Shown in pieces: positions 1-12,430 of a stretch of DNA of 64,000 nucleotides. Source of the DNA: Glycera tridactyla (Eukaryota); the NCBI GenBank assembly GCA_965644265.1, contig OZ286472.1:55366001-55430000 (forward strand), written 5' to 3'. The notes below the pieces were generated by a model. It worked only from the letters and a program-made list of their open reading frames with translations, ran no database searches and was not told where the DNA came from. Position numbers and translations under genes: made by a program. The number at the start of each line of letters is the position of its first letter. Position 1 is the stretch's first letter.

Positions 1-46
1 CATCCGTGTCAACATCATTCTCAACTAATGTTCTCGTCCAATTCAT

Positions 47-577
47 TCATGTCAGGCAGTGAATCTGACTTCTGAGTGGATCCAAGAATACAGCAGAGAT
101 TTTCTTGCTCGAGAATATGTATGGGTCTATCGGGCACATCGATGCAGATTTCATGTGCCATTTCGGATTTGTGTGTGCCTCAATCCATGTAATCATATCA
201 AAGTATGGAAGATTCCATGTGCCTTCAGGGCAGAACATATATGGTTTGATGTGCCCTTTCACAACTTTATGTGCCATTTGCCACAGGGCACAGTTCAAAA
301 TTATTCCTGATACAGTAGAGTAGCGATCTTGGAAAATTTTGGTATAGTGATGGAGTCTTCTCAAATCTGGAGTCAATGCCTTGCAACCAATCACAGGAGC
401 GTACATGAGATGCAGATAACATTCATTTTTAGAAAGCACTGTAATGAAGTCCCAGCTGAGCCATGTCCCCTCAGCTTCAGTCAGTGAAATGCTCATGGAA
501 AGAGCCACGCCTGTCAGGCCTGGATCGATGTTTGTGTTGACACTAACCATCTTTAATCCCAAGTTATACTGCAACAA
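47..577 (-). other. Unidentified, probably degenerate ORF (176 aa); frame resumes after one TGA toward the window start
   Basis: Longest non-repeat ORF outside the LINE/PLE; protein-like composition; no family recognised. Confidence 0.2.
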
Positions 578-1597
578 ATGACATCATAATGAAGAACGAA
601 AGTCTGCAATGTCACATAAGCTCACATTATGACGCCACTGACGACGTGATCACATGAGAACGTCTTCCTTAGTTGACACTTGTAATCTCAGATGTGCATT
701 TGGCCATGCCAGCTGGAATTCAGTTGGATACTACAGACAGAATATCTCCAACTAAGCCTGACCATGGATTATTTGTATCCAAAAAGATCCTTTGCAATGT
801 TTTGAGCCATTAGCCAGAGTGTCAGAAGCTGACACCTCTTTTATTTGATAACAAACTTCACTCATCTTCAGCCGAATTTGTTGATTCCAGCTATGCATCC
901 TCACACTAATGCATTTTCAGTCCAACCTGTCTTAAGCAGCCACTGTATTTAAGCATCAACCTGCCTCAAGCAACCACTTTGGACTACCTGCCACTGGTTC
1001 TTAAGACTATAATTTGCCATCCTGAAGCAGCCACTTCCAGTCCTGCAAGGGTGGTCGCTTTGAACAGTTCTGACTTACCGTTTCATAAGTCAATGTTTGA
1101 GGCATAATTTTGGAGCTATCAGTATCCAAAACCATGCTTCAAACACAGATTCTAGATCTTGAACACAGATGTAAGTAATTATGAGATATCTGTGGAGGTA
1201 TTCTGGCTATTCTTTTGAAAAAAAAAACTGAAGAGTTTGACAGAAGATTAGAGAATCATCTAATGGCAAAATCATTTTCACAAAATTTATGAAAACCAGA
1301 GTTTAGCTAAAATCTGTAAGCTTCGGCTACAAAGAGAACAATCACTCTTGCCATACTAGCTAAGGGTATCTTACTCAAGTGCCATTGATGGAAAATGTGC
1401 AACACATACAACTGGATGTCCTATGAACATAGATGTTATGACAGGACTGAAAACTTCTTCAGTGTTTGCTTAAAGATGACTGACTGTCTGACATGTCAGA
1501 AGAAAGTTATCAGTTTTCAGATCAATTTCGAATTCTGCCCAATAAAATGTAAGACATGATGTAGGTAACAGTAAGTCTGAATGTCGAACATCATGTA

Positions 1598-1741
1598 CAG
1601 TCGAACCTCCTATAAAGACCACCTCTCTATAAAGACCATGTTGAGCTGTGACCGTGGTAGTAATTTCAACAGTAAATGACCTCTCTTTAAAGACCACTTT
1701 TTGTTGCGACCGGAGGCGGTCTTTATAGAGAGGTTCGAGTG
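1598..1741. mobile_element. TA-flanked MITE, CAGTCGAACC termini (pogo/Tc1-mariner-type non-autonomous)
   Basis: TA|CAGTCGAACCTC ... GAGGTTCGAGTG|TA; internal AAAGACCACC repeats; reverse-complement homolog of copies at 38296 and 43748. Confidence 0.8.
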
Positions 1742-4700
1742 TAAATCTACTTCATGATGTTGGGCATGTTAGTCTGTCTGTCTGTGTGTCTGTGTGTCTG
1801 TGTGTCTGTCTGTCTGTCCAATTATCTGCCTGACGGAATAATAGTCTCTTGGACAACTATAAAATTCCAATGACGACCCCGAGTATCAGTCGGTGGATCA
1901 AGATTGGGCCAGCAGTTTCTTTATCAATTGATGACACACATGCAAACAAAGCATAGGGCGGCCAAGAATGGACTACCCAGTGTTTGACCCCGTTTCAGAT
2001 AACGGAAGTGACGAGGACAATGAGCAAGGACAATGAACCAGCTTCATATATATGTAGCCAAACATCAATTATAAATCACTTGAGGTCATGCTGTTCATTT
2101 GGCCTACTGCTGTGACCTGTTCAAACTATTTCGTCACAATATGAAAACAGATGGGATGGAAAAAAAATCGATGGACATCTCTTCAACCCAGGCAGGACCA
2201 TATATGATACCGAAAGAATGACAAACTGGCCACTAGTGTTAGGAGTCACAGGGATGTGAATGGCTCACAACGAAAATCTCTGTGATCCCCAAGACGCTTT
2301 TCACCAAGATGTTGTGGATCAAATAACCCAAAGAACTGCTTACTAATAATGGCTTCCATGACTCAATACAAGCTCTGCTCTATCTCCACTAACTCTGGTA
2401 TAATTTCCATGATTTAAAAGCCAAAATAATCTGCATAAAATGACCTTTTCTGTCATATGAATGCTTGCTGCATTTGTGATCGAAAACACAGAAATCTGCT
2501 GATCTGCAGAACAATCACATCCTTGGAGTCAGTACCAACTTCAGAAACTGATAAATCAGGATTACCGGTAAACTCTGTCAAATCTGAACAAGGCAGGTAT
2601 GTTCCATGCAATAAATTCGTCTGATCTGAATTTTGATGGTATGAATGGTTTGCATGGGTCTTCCGACGATTATTGAACCTGGTTTTTAGTAGTCTGTATG
2701 GTTTTTGAAGAAGACTGGCATTCGATCTCATTTTAAGATTGAAACTGATGGCATTATCATCTGCTTCTACCTAAGAAAAACAATGGGCGTATTGCAGCTG
2801 CCCACTCCCTAAAAGCAGCGTGAAATTGACACATTTAGTGCACTTGGGTGAAATGTGCAATTGAAGCACATTATGATCACATTTCCCATCGCCGAAGATG
2901 TCGATAAATTCTGTCGGCGAGTTTCATTTCAATCCAATACAAATTTGCGGTGCTAGGGTGAAAAACGTACCCCTCACATTTTGACTTGACAGACTTGAGT
3001 TCTAATTGATTAATCAATTATAATCGATGTTTATTCTCAACTTGGAATAGACAGATCAGAAGTATTGAGGCATGCTGACTGGAAAGGTAAGGCATGAGTT
3101 CATATTGAGGGTCACAAGATGCCAATGAGTAAATGATCCACAAATATAAACGAATGGGATATATTCAATTATGAGTTCTGTCTGGCTGAAAGTGGAACAA
3201 TTTAAAAAAAAAGTGATATTCATTTAGTGGAATGAAACTCAATTCAATCGAATAAATCGATCCTTGAGCCAATTGTCTTTCCATTACTTCCTTGGTTCCA
3301 TGAAAAAAATGTGGCCAACAACCCTAAATAAAGATTTCTGACCATATCTTATAATACCTAACAGTTGTATACATTGGCCAGATGCTACAGCAAATGGGAT
3401 CGGGTAGTCAATCACCCAACTGAAATTTGACTCAAAGAGGCTACTGGGCATCCCACTATCTGGAACCTGGCCAGATGTAGAGTGAAAATGGATAATGATC
3501 AGGCACTTTTGATGTAATGATTCAGTCTGAGACAAATGGTGCTGAGCCCAAGGGTAAATTTTGAAGGTCAGATGTCAGTGAAGTGTACCGCCCCATTTGC
3601 AGCTCATAAAGACGAGCAACTAATCAACTTCAAGCGAGTGTTACACACGCAACAAGTCAATAATCCTCAACATTCCAACCACTTATGTTTGCAATTACCA
3701 GTTTTACTCCCACATTCGATACCGCTGTTCAGGAACCCATACTTGTGAAATACAATGCATCAGATCCTGCATGGTGAGATTAAAATTGATCATATTTGAT
3801 ACAAATAGAGGTTCAATATGATGCCATCTTATAGGTTTCTCAAACTCCTATTTTGACATCTTCTTTTGGATAGACAATACTGGATTGGGTGACATCTTAG
3901 CTGCAAAACAGGCCTCAAATTGAAAAATCTGATCAAGTAACCATGATCATTGTTCAGCAATGCTTTTATGTAGAGAAAAAATAAATGCAACCATCTGCTG
4001 TACTGTAAAATTCCGGAATATTGAGGCGAGAATGTTCTTAATCATTGCCAAATTAAAACAATCTCAGCATTCAAAGGTAGAAGATTGTAAAGCTTACTGG
4101 ATATGGCACAAATGTTCGTTCCTCCAGTGTACCAACTCCATGCTTGAAATCACAGAAATGATGGCTTGAAAAGTCTGTATGATATATGAATATATTTCAT
4201 GAGATTGATTTTTATGAAGTTTGGTACTACTAAATGTAATCCCACCTCTGTGGTACTAGGTTCAGCTAATGGCAACTGCCAATCAAGTATTCGCAGGACT
4301 CCGGGAGGAATGTGTCACCTTCTCGCAGTTATTGCGAGAGTGAAGGCCCGTTGAAAAATGTCTGTTACGCCATACATTGCCCTCAATGTCACAAGACGAG
4401 TGATAATACGAGAGTTCATTGCCTACTGCCACCGACGCTTTATGTGCCCAGAGGAACATAAGCTCGGATTAGCTTCAACCACCCTGCCTCCAAATAGAAC
4501 CTCCAATGACGAAATGTGACACAAAGTTGAGAAAATTTGTTAAAATCGACCCCTACTTAATATCACTGGAAAACCCCAGACAAATCCTGTATCAAAGAAC
4601 TCTTTCAGAAAATGTCACACAACGACCACCTATAATGGGCAATATTTTGTAGAGGATGGAATCTGAGATATTCATTCAATGATGAAACTGGTAGAAATAA

Positions 4701-6121
4701 TCAAAAACAAAGATTCCAGCCTCCTCAAAAGATATTGAATCCTAGAAGGCATTGCAGATATTGCAATTAGAAATAACGTAACTTTCCCGATATTTTCGGT
4801 TATAGTAAGTAGCCCTAGAAGCACTTTATTAACTTGAACGAACTGAATATTTTCCGCAAGATTTGGTGGCGGGAACCCGGCGAGAAGTGGGTACCTGACT
4901 AAGCCAGATCGGAGGGTCGTAATTCACAGAGGCACTGCTTTATGAGTGATTTCAGGAGAGTAACTATTCCTAAAATCCGCCGACATTGAGCAAGATTTAT
5001 ATACACGTCTGCAAGAGGGCCACTCTCAACTCCCAGTAACTAAGAGACTTCTAAAATGTTTGGCATGAAGTGGACATGAGGTATTTTTTAAGTATGATGT
5101 GCACTTTCCACAGTCACTGGAGTGTGATAATCAATGACTGTTTTTTTTTCATTCTATTGTGGTGGTGGCTTAACCTCTAAGCAATACTTTGAGTATACTA
5201 CATCAGGATAAAGTGGGCAAGTATTCGTTTTTCAATCTTGGGAACATGTTATATTTATACAGACCATTGCTTTTCGGCCCCAAATGGGGGAAAAAGACCA
5301 CTCCATTGCAACAATATATATCTATCAAATCAAACTAGATAAAAATATGGATTGTGCTGATCTAGATCATACCTGTTTGTCAGATGACAGAGTCATAATT
5401 TCAAAAATTAGTGTTTTCTGATTTTCCCTGATCAGCATCTCACCTCCACTACCCTATTGTGACTGGCTGGCTGGCCCCGAAATGTGCTGAGAACCCTGCT
5501 GGCCACATTTGCTCATAGAGTCATCTCGCTACCTGTTCCCGGGCTAGCAACTATCTTGTTATCATGATTTCAACATTCTTGGTAGCTACTCAGACATGTA
5601 TAAAAATACAGATCAATCGGTATTTTGTGAGGAAAACATGTCTAAATTGCAAAATTTATCAATATGTAGACACACACATGTACCATACTGACATGAGTCA
5701 AATGGCGGAGTCCATCCAGGTTTCCATATCCAAATTGTGGCCATCTTCACAAAATCATTATGACAGCATAAAGGACGCCTTCTGGAACCCCTGTATATGT
5801 CTTCATATTCAAAAGAGAAAAATGTGAATAATACAAATTCATCCGGATAAGAGTTTTATGTGATGTTTACTGTAATGCCGGACGTGGACACACACTTCCT
5901 AGCTGAAGAATGAATCATATCAGAAATGTCAATATTTCGTCAATTTGAGTTGTACCATGGCCAACCAAGCACTCGACAAGTAATTACCAGGTTTTCAAAT
6001 GTATATAATGAAAGGCATTCATGGAGTTTATATATTTATGTATTGTATTTGAAATGAATTAACCTGACATGTACAGGTTTTCAGATGTTGATGGCAACTT
6101 TATCCTTTAAATTCTATACAA

Positions 6122-6390
6122 ATGCTCACGAATGATATGCCTACCCAGATATTGGTTTGTGCAATGAATTTATACCACGATTTGCTTCTACTTGCTGGGG
6201 ATGTGGAGATGAACCCAGGACCAGAAGATAGTCTTTTCTATGAACATAACGATTTCCCAAAACACAGAGGAATTAGAATATCACATCAGAATATTTGTAG
6301 CATTATTCTTAAGCTTGACCAGTTGAAATTCTCTATTGCTTCAAATGATGTACACATTTTAACAATATCGGAAACCTGGCTAACATCAAA
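6122..6390 (+). CDS. CR1/L2-group LINE ORF2, N-terminal part (2A-like motif + start of APE endonuclease)
   Basis: LLLLAGDVEMNPGP, HQNICSI, ILTISETWLT are APE endonuclease N-terminal motifs; frame is broken by the HINE insertion at ~6389. Confidence 0.85.
6197..6223 (+). other. 2A-like (StopGo) motif GDVEMNPGP
   Basis: Exact match to the G-D-V/I-E-x-N-P-G-P consensus, preceded by a Leu-rich stretch. Confidence 0.75.
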
Positions 6391-6559
6391 CATAGCCTTC
6401 ACTGAAGGCGGACCTCGCCTTGGCGAAGCCACACAACACGCCGCTTCAAGAGAGGCATTTATATCTAAAGTTTACACAAACAAAACAGTGCTGCTTCTTT
6501 GATGGGTGCATACAGTTCCTGATTGCATAGGGACACCCAATACATAATTATGCTTGGAA

Positions 6560-7960
6560 AGGTACCCCATCCATTGCTGGCATTCATCAGGGAATGCTAT
6601 GAATTGCATCCATGCCAAGTTTGGTGAGGCTATGTACAGCCACCATCTTTAGAAGAACCCATTTCTGAAAAAACAATTTTCACCCCAAAACAAACCAGGC
6701 CTTTGGAAGACCCCATCTATGGCTGGCATTCATTAGGGAATGCTATGAATTGCATCCAAGCCAAGTTTGGAGTGTCTACAAACAGCCACCATCTTTGGAA
6801 AGATCCATTTCTGAAAAACCAATTTTCACCCCAAAACCAACCTGGCCTTCTGGGGGACCCCATCTATGGCTGGCATTCATTAGGGAATGCTATGAACTGC
6901 ATCCACGCCAAGTTTGGTGTGGCTATGAATAGCCACCATCTTTAGAAAAATCCATTTCTGAAAAAAACAATTTTCACCCCAAAACCAAACAGGCTCTTTA
7001 GGAGACCCCATCTATGGCTGGCATTCACTAGGGAATGCTATGAATTGCACCCATGCCAAGTTTGGTGTGGCTATGAGAAGCCACCATCTTTAGAAAAATC
7101 CATTTCTGAAAAACCAATTTTCACCCCAAAACCAATAAGGCCTATTGGGAGACCCCATCTATGGCTAGCATTCATTAGGGAATGCTTTGAATTGCATCCA
7201 CGCCAAGTTTGGTGTGGCCATGCACAGCCACCACCTTTAGAAAAATCCATTTCAGAAAGAAAAAAATTCACCCCAAAACCAACCAGGCCTATTGGGAGAC
7301 CCCATCTATGGCTGGCATTCATTAGGGAATGCTTTGAATTGCATCCAAGCCAAGTTTGGAGTGCCTACGAACAGCCACCATCTTTAGAAAAATCCATTTC
7401 TGAAAAACCAATTTTCACCCCAAAACCAATAAGGCCTATTGGGAGACCCCATCTATGGCTGGCATTCATTAGGGAATGCTTTGAATTGCATCCAAGCCAA
7501 GTTTGGAGTGCCTACGAACAGCCACCATCTTTAGAAAAATCCATCTCTGAAAAAACAATTTTCACCCCAAAATCAACCAGGCCTATTGGGAGACCCCATC
7601 TATGGCTGGCATTCATTAGGGAATGCTTTGAATTGCATCCAAGCCAAGTTTGGAGTGCCTACGAACAGCCACCATCTTTAGAAAAATCCATTTCTGAAAA
7701 AACAATTTTCACCCCAAAATCAACCAGGCCTATCGGGAGACCCCATCTATGGCTGGCATTCATTAGGGAATGCTATGGATTGCATCCAAGCCAAGTTTGG
7801 AGTGCCTACGAACAGCCACCATCTTCAGAAAAATCCATTTCTGAAAAACCAATTTTCACCCCAAAACCAACCAGGCTCTTTGGGAGACCCCATCTATGGC
7901 TGGCATTCATCAGGAAATGTAATAAAATGCATCCTTGTAGAGTTTGGCGTGTCCCAGTAC
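6560..7960. repeat. 147-bp tandem repeat array (~9.5 units) inside HINE copy 1
   Basis: GCATTC marker at 6580, 6726, 6873, 7021, 7168, 7315, 7462, 7609, 7756, 7903. Confidence 0.95.
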
Positions 7961-8711
7961 TCAAAAATCACTGAAATTGTCAGAGTCCAGTCATTTCAAA
8001 AAAGTGAGGTTTTATCCCAAATCTAGGATACATCACACGACTGGCATGCATACTGCTGTGGTGATGGTTGGATGCCCCCCCCCCCTCCCCCAGAATACAC
8101 TGGAGCATGTGTATATCAAATCTGGTGGACGTAGGGGCCATGGTTGAAGAGTGACCTGACCTGAAGAAAAACTAAGACGTAAAGTCCAATTTCTCACAAA
8201 TGAGCAATTTCACACCAAAATCACTACCCTGAACTGAGGTACTGCTGCTGTGAAGGGTAAACATCCCCTGTAACACAATGGAGCATGTGTGCATGGAAAC
8301 TGGTGATGGTAGGGGCCATGGTTGTGGAGTCACCTGACTCCAACAAAAACTTTGACGTGAAGTCCATATCCTCAAAAATATGCATTTTTCACCCAAAAAT
8401 ATGATACAAAACTGCGATAATGCTGAATGGATGGATGGAGACCTTTCCCAATACTCAGGAGTATGTGTGTATGAAATCTGGTGGTGGTAGGGGCCATAGT
8501 TGCTGAGCTACAGACCTCAATGAAAAACTTTGACGTAAAACTTTGACGCAAAACTTTGACGTAGTGCTCTCTTAATATCATTCCTGATGTATTATAGCCC
8601 ATGTGCACAAGATCTGATGATGGTAGAAGGGTTAAAGAAAAACTTTGACATGAAATCTTGCAGAAAAAAAAACTTTGACGTAAAACTTTGACGTAAAACA
8701 TTGTAAGAGTG

Positions 8712-8713
<2 letters not shown>

Positions 8714-8750
<37 letters not shown>

Positions 8751-8767
8751 ACGCCGACGCCGACGCC
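8714..8767. repeat. (GACGCC)n microsatellite of HINE copy 1
   Basis: Nine near-perfect GACGCC units. Confidence 0.95.
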
Positions 8768-8811
8768 GATGCGAGGACAATACCTCTCTTCAACTTCGTT
8801 GAGGCGAGGTA

Positions 8812-11526
8812 AAAACAAGGAATTTCCAACTGGAAATACCTGGCTTTAACTTACATCGGCAAGATAGAAATTTAACGCCACCAAAGAGAGGTGGAGGACT
8901 TCTCTGCTATTATAAATCAAAATTTAACCTCCAATCTCTTACAGAACTGTCATGCTGCACATGCAACCTGGAATGCCAGGGTCTGAAATTAATCTTACCT
9001 GGGACCAGAGACACTTATATACTGAATGTGTATAGACCTCCTGATGGAGACCCATTTGAATGTTTTCAGCAGATTTCAGTTCTCCTGAACTCACTAGATC
9101 ATATAAAGAAAAAAGACCTGGTCGTATTAGGGGATATTAACATTGACTACCTGGTTAATAATCCCAATAGGAAATTACTGAAAAACCTGGAGAAATCACA
9201 ATGTCTTAGGCAACTCATCACAAGACCTACCAGAATATCTCTAACCAAAAGTTCGCTTATTGATATTATCATGGTTAGCAGACATGATCTCTATCTATCC
9301 TCAATGGTGATCTCTTCTGGTCTTAGTGATCACGACATGGTGATGACTGTTAGGAAATGTGCAAAGCCAAGCAAAGTGAAAAAGACCATTGTGGCCAGAA
9401 CCTTTAAGCATTACACTAAGGATCACTTCAGATCAACCCTTCAGACAAGGTTGGTTACTCTATTTCATGCAACAGGGAACCTACAGGAGAATTTTGATTT
9501 ATTATTGTCAATCCTGACCCAAGTATGTGATGAAGTTGCACCCTACAAGGAAATGCATGTAAGAGTTGAAAATGTCCCATGGCTTACGGATGAGTATATA
9601 TCACTGATGCATGATTTTAAGGAGGCGCAAGATAAATCAAGAAGATCTGGTCTGGAAGAAGACATTATTAGAGCTCATGCATTGAGAAATCAGAAAAACA
9701 ATGCAGCGAAATTTCTGAAAAAAAGCTTTTTCCTCGACAAATTGAATGAATATGAAAAGGACTCAAAAAAACTCTGGAAAATTTTCTCGCAACTGCTATC
9801 AAACACAGACAAGAGTAACAACATCCAGGAACTCCAGGGTTCTACTGATCCAAAGAATATGGCTGATATCTTTAACATATTCAACACTCGAATTGGGGAA
9901 AAATTGACATCAAGGATCACTGGGGAATTGTTAGACCAAGAACCTTCATATCATACCCCGACAAATGCTTTCAAGTTTGAACTTCCCGATCAAAATGAAA
10001 TTGTCAAATTTCTTAAAGGTATGAAAATTGGTAAATCCACTGGATTTCCGGGGATATACGCTAGATTTCTTCAAGATGCATCTGATATATTATCACCATT
10101 ATTGCATGATATGATATGTTTGTCTTTGACATCTGGTATTGTTCCTCAATCCTGGAAAACGTCGCAGGTAACTCCTCTGTATAAAGAAGGTGACAGATCA
10201 GACCCGTCCAACTACCGTCCTATCTCTATATTACCTTTCGTCTCAAAATGTGTAGAAAAAATGGTTCACAAGCAATTATATGACTTTCTTACAGCAAACA
10301 ATATCCTCAACAAATCCCAATCTGGATTTCGCCCATCTTTCTCAACAGAAACAGCTCTGATACACCTGACTGATACCATCTATAAACAGATGGATATTGG
10401 AAATAATACCGCCATAGCTTTCTTAGATTTTAAGAAAGCGTTTGATACGGTGAACCACGAGAGATTGTTATGGAAATTATGCAAAATTGGAGTGCAGGGA
10501 ACAGAGCTGGAGTGGCTTAGATCATTTCTAACACTTAGATCCCAGCGCACCCAAATAAATGGTGTGCTTTCTAACCCAGAAACGATTACCTGTGGCGTTC
10601 CCCAGGGGTCCACCCTTGGACCACTATTATTTATAATTTACATAAATGATATCACGGAGATATTGAAGGACTGCAGCAGCTCTTTATATGCTGACGACAC
10701 TGCTATACATTTTAGCAGCAATGATCCATCAGAGTTGATAGACACGATACAAAATGATCTACATATTGTTGAAAGATGGCTTAACACCAATAAGCTCTTC
10801 TTAAATGTATCGAAGACAAAACTGATGATTTTCGGGACTAGACATACTTTGTCAACCAGAGTGTTTCCTCCAATCAGCATTGCAGGACAAATAGTAGAAA
10901 GAGTTGAGCAGTTTAAGTATCTTGGTGTTAAACTAGATCCGCTACTCTCTTTTACCACACATATTGATTATATTGCAGGAAAGATCTCACAGCGTCTATT
11001 CATGCTCTCTAAGGCCAGAGAATTCATCACACAGAATGCAGCATTGAAATTGTATAGATCACTGATACTGCCACTTTTTTCTTACTGTGATATTGTATTC
11101 TTCTCGATTTCGCAAAGAGAGTCGTACCAATTGCAACTACTGCAAAATAAAGCCTTACGAATTATTCTCATGAGAAATCGCTGGGCACATACGGATGAGC
11201 TTCACATTGATACCAATCTCTTGCGCCTTTCTGAAGAAAGAGAACTGCACCTTTTCGCTTTTATGTATAAAAGCAAAAAGGGACGCTGCCCACCGTACAT
11301 TAATGACCTTCTAATCCCACTATGTGATACCCACATGCATGAAACAAGGGGATCAACCACTGGTGATTTTGAACTACCTCTAAGAAGGACGAGTAACGCC
11401 CAGAGATCTTTCTCTTACTTTGGACCAAAGCAATGGAATTCATTGCCACAAGAATTAAAACTGAAACAAAATGTCGAGCCAAAAACGTTTAAAGCCCATA
11501 TAAGAGAATGGATCTGCTCTAGATAA
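8812..11526 (+). CDS. CR1/L2-group LINE ORF2, main part (APE endonuclease remainder + reverse transcriptase)
   Basis: Open frame from ~8812 (EIPGFNLHRQDR..RGGGL, YRPP, GDINID, SDHD) through RT motifs NYRPISIL, QSGFR, LDFKKAFD, GVPQGSTLGP, YADD, YLGV; stop at 11526. Confidence 0.95.
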   Translation, partial: KTRNFQLEIPGFNLHRQDRNLTPPKRGGGLLCYYKSKFNLQSLTELSCCTCNLECQGLKLILPGTRDTYILNVYRPPDGDPFECFQQISVLLNSLDHIKKKDLVVLGDINIDYLVNNPNRKLLKNLEKSQCLRQLITRPTRISLTKSSLIDIIMVSRHDLYLSSMVISSGLSDHDMVMTVRKCAKPSKVKKTIVARTFKHYTKDHFRSTLQTRLVTLFHATGNLQENFDLLLSILTQVCDEVAPYKEMHVRVENVPWLTDEYISLMHDFKEAQDKSRRSGLEEDIIRAHALRNQKNNAAKFLKKSFFLDKLNEYEKDSKKLWKIFSQLLSNTDKSNNIQELQGSTDPKNMADIFNIFNTRIGEKLTSRITGELLDQEPSYHTPTNAFKFELPDQNEIVKFLKGMKIGKSTGFPGIYARFLQDASDILSPLLHDMICLSLTSGIVPQSWKTSQVTPLYKEGDRSDPSNYRPISILPFVSKCVEKMVHKQLYDFLTANNILNKSQSGFRPSFSTETALIHLTDTIYKQMDIGNNTAIAFLDFKKAFDTVNHERLLWKLCKIGVQGTELEWLRSFLTLRSQRTQINGVLSNPETITCGVPQGSTLGPLLFIIYINDITEILKDCSSSLYADDTAIHFSSNDPSELIDTIQNDLHIVERWLNTNKLFLNVSKTKLMIFGTRHTLSTRVFPPISIAGQIVERVEQFKYLGVKLDPLLSFTTHIDYIAGKISQRLFMLSKAREFITQNAALKLYRSLILPLFSYCDIVFFSISQRESYQLQLLQNKALRIILMRNRWAHTDELHIDTNLLRLSEERELHLFAFMYKSKKGRCPPYINDLLIPLCDTHMHETRGSTTGDFELPLRRTSNAQRSFSYFGPKQWNSLPQELKLKQNVEPKTFKAHIREWICSR

Positions 11527-11948
11527 TTCTCTCCATACATTAAGTCCCAGCATTAGAGCCAGTGTAACCAGTTGTGGTTTAAGGATTGTATCAGATCTGT
11601 AGATGTACGAGCATAAAAAGATTATCAGACAAACACATGAGCATTAACATGAATTATTTTATTATGAATGTAATGAGTCCATACATTGGTTACAGAATCT
11701 GAAAAGAAAATTATAAGAAAATACACCAAGCTCTACTGAGCTGAACATTAGAAACCGCACTGATTCTCTGTAGGAACGCCCTAAGTTGTTGTTGTTATCA
11801 CAGTGAAGTTTTCATGTGAAATGGGTTTAATCATTTGATCTTATATGGTATCTCTGTCACGGTTGCACCGAACATCATGTATACCCAACATATATGAACA
11901 TGTACCCGTGAATGGATAAATAAACGTTTCTCATCTCATCTCATCTCA
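11527..11948 (+). mobile_element. LINE 3' UTR ending in a (TCTCA)n tail
   Basis: AATAAA at ~11918 followed by TCTCATCTCATCTCATCTCA; microsatellite tails are typical of CR1/L2-group LINEs. Confidence 0.7.
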
Positions 11949-12159
11949 ATTACAAGTGAATACAGCTGATACACATTGATTCAGCCACATCGATTGATTA
12001 TTAAAAGAACCAACTCCATCTCAGCATGGAGACGGAAAAAATGAAGGTGTGATGTTCGTCAAATGTCCCTCTCTGACAACAGATGTGTGAATGTATTTTT
12101 TTCATCAGAAAGTCTTCATATGGCCACCTCGCAACAATGGCCACTCTCGAGGTTTGGTT

Positions 12160-12420
12160 CGGATGATTTGGCTTGGTTGAGGTTTGACAGCATGTATCAA
12201 TCCAGAGGATTATGTATGCTGTGTGTTCCTGGTCAATGAAAGCTAGATGTTCTCTCCCCCGGCAGACATCACTCTCACAATTCCTGGACACAAGATGATG
12301 GGGAAGCTAAAAGGTTGTTGAGTGGAAGAAGCTGACATACACACCTCTAACTATTTAACATGAGCATAATGAATGTAAAAATGTCATATCTGACCATGTG
12401 GCTGCCTGAAAGCTGATACT
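12160..12420 (-). repeat. Dispersed SINE-like / retroelement 3'-end repeat family, copy
   Basis: Shares GCTAGATGTT..CAGACATCACTCTCACAA..CACAAGATGATGGGG core with copies at 27230, 45850, 52000 and with the 1.22-kb unit. Confidence 0.65.
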
Positions 12421-12430
12421 TGAGCTTGAT

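Larger units (their letters stand above)
6389..8813 (-). mobile_element. Helentron-type non-autonomous element (HINE/DINE-1-like), copy 1
   Basis: Terminal hairpin GCCTTCACTGAAGGC, subterminal inverted repeat ACCTCGCCT / AGGCGAGGT, (GACGCC)n microsatellite, internal tandem repeats, A/T-run insertion site without TSD. Confidence 0.8.

Noticed and set aside
2510-2595. Possible plus-strand exon (ctgcag..GCAG|gtatgt)
   Set aside because: Weak acceptor, and the same sequence recurs near 19565 as part of a repeat
6560-7960. CRISPR-like array
   Set aside because: Units are contiguous near-identical repeats with no unique spacers; eukaryotic context and no cas genes
7045-7974. 309-aa ORF of 49-aa repeats as a protein-coding gene
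   Set aside because: It is the translation of the 147-bp HINE tandem repeat; homologous units at 16.3-17.6 kb are frameshifted and contain stops
8372-8829. ORFs with GV, RR or AS runs
   Set aside because: Products of the (GACGCC)n microsatellite
8977-8995. CAGGGTCTGAAATTAAT as a MITE terminus
   Set aside because: It lies in frame within the LINE endonuclease coding sequence and has no partner TIR
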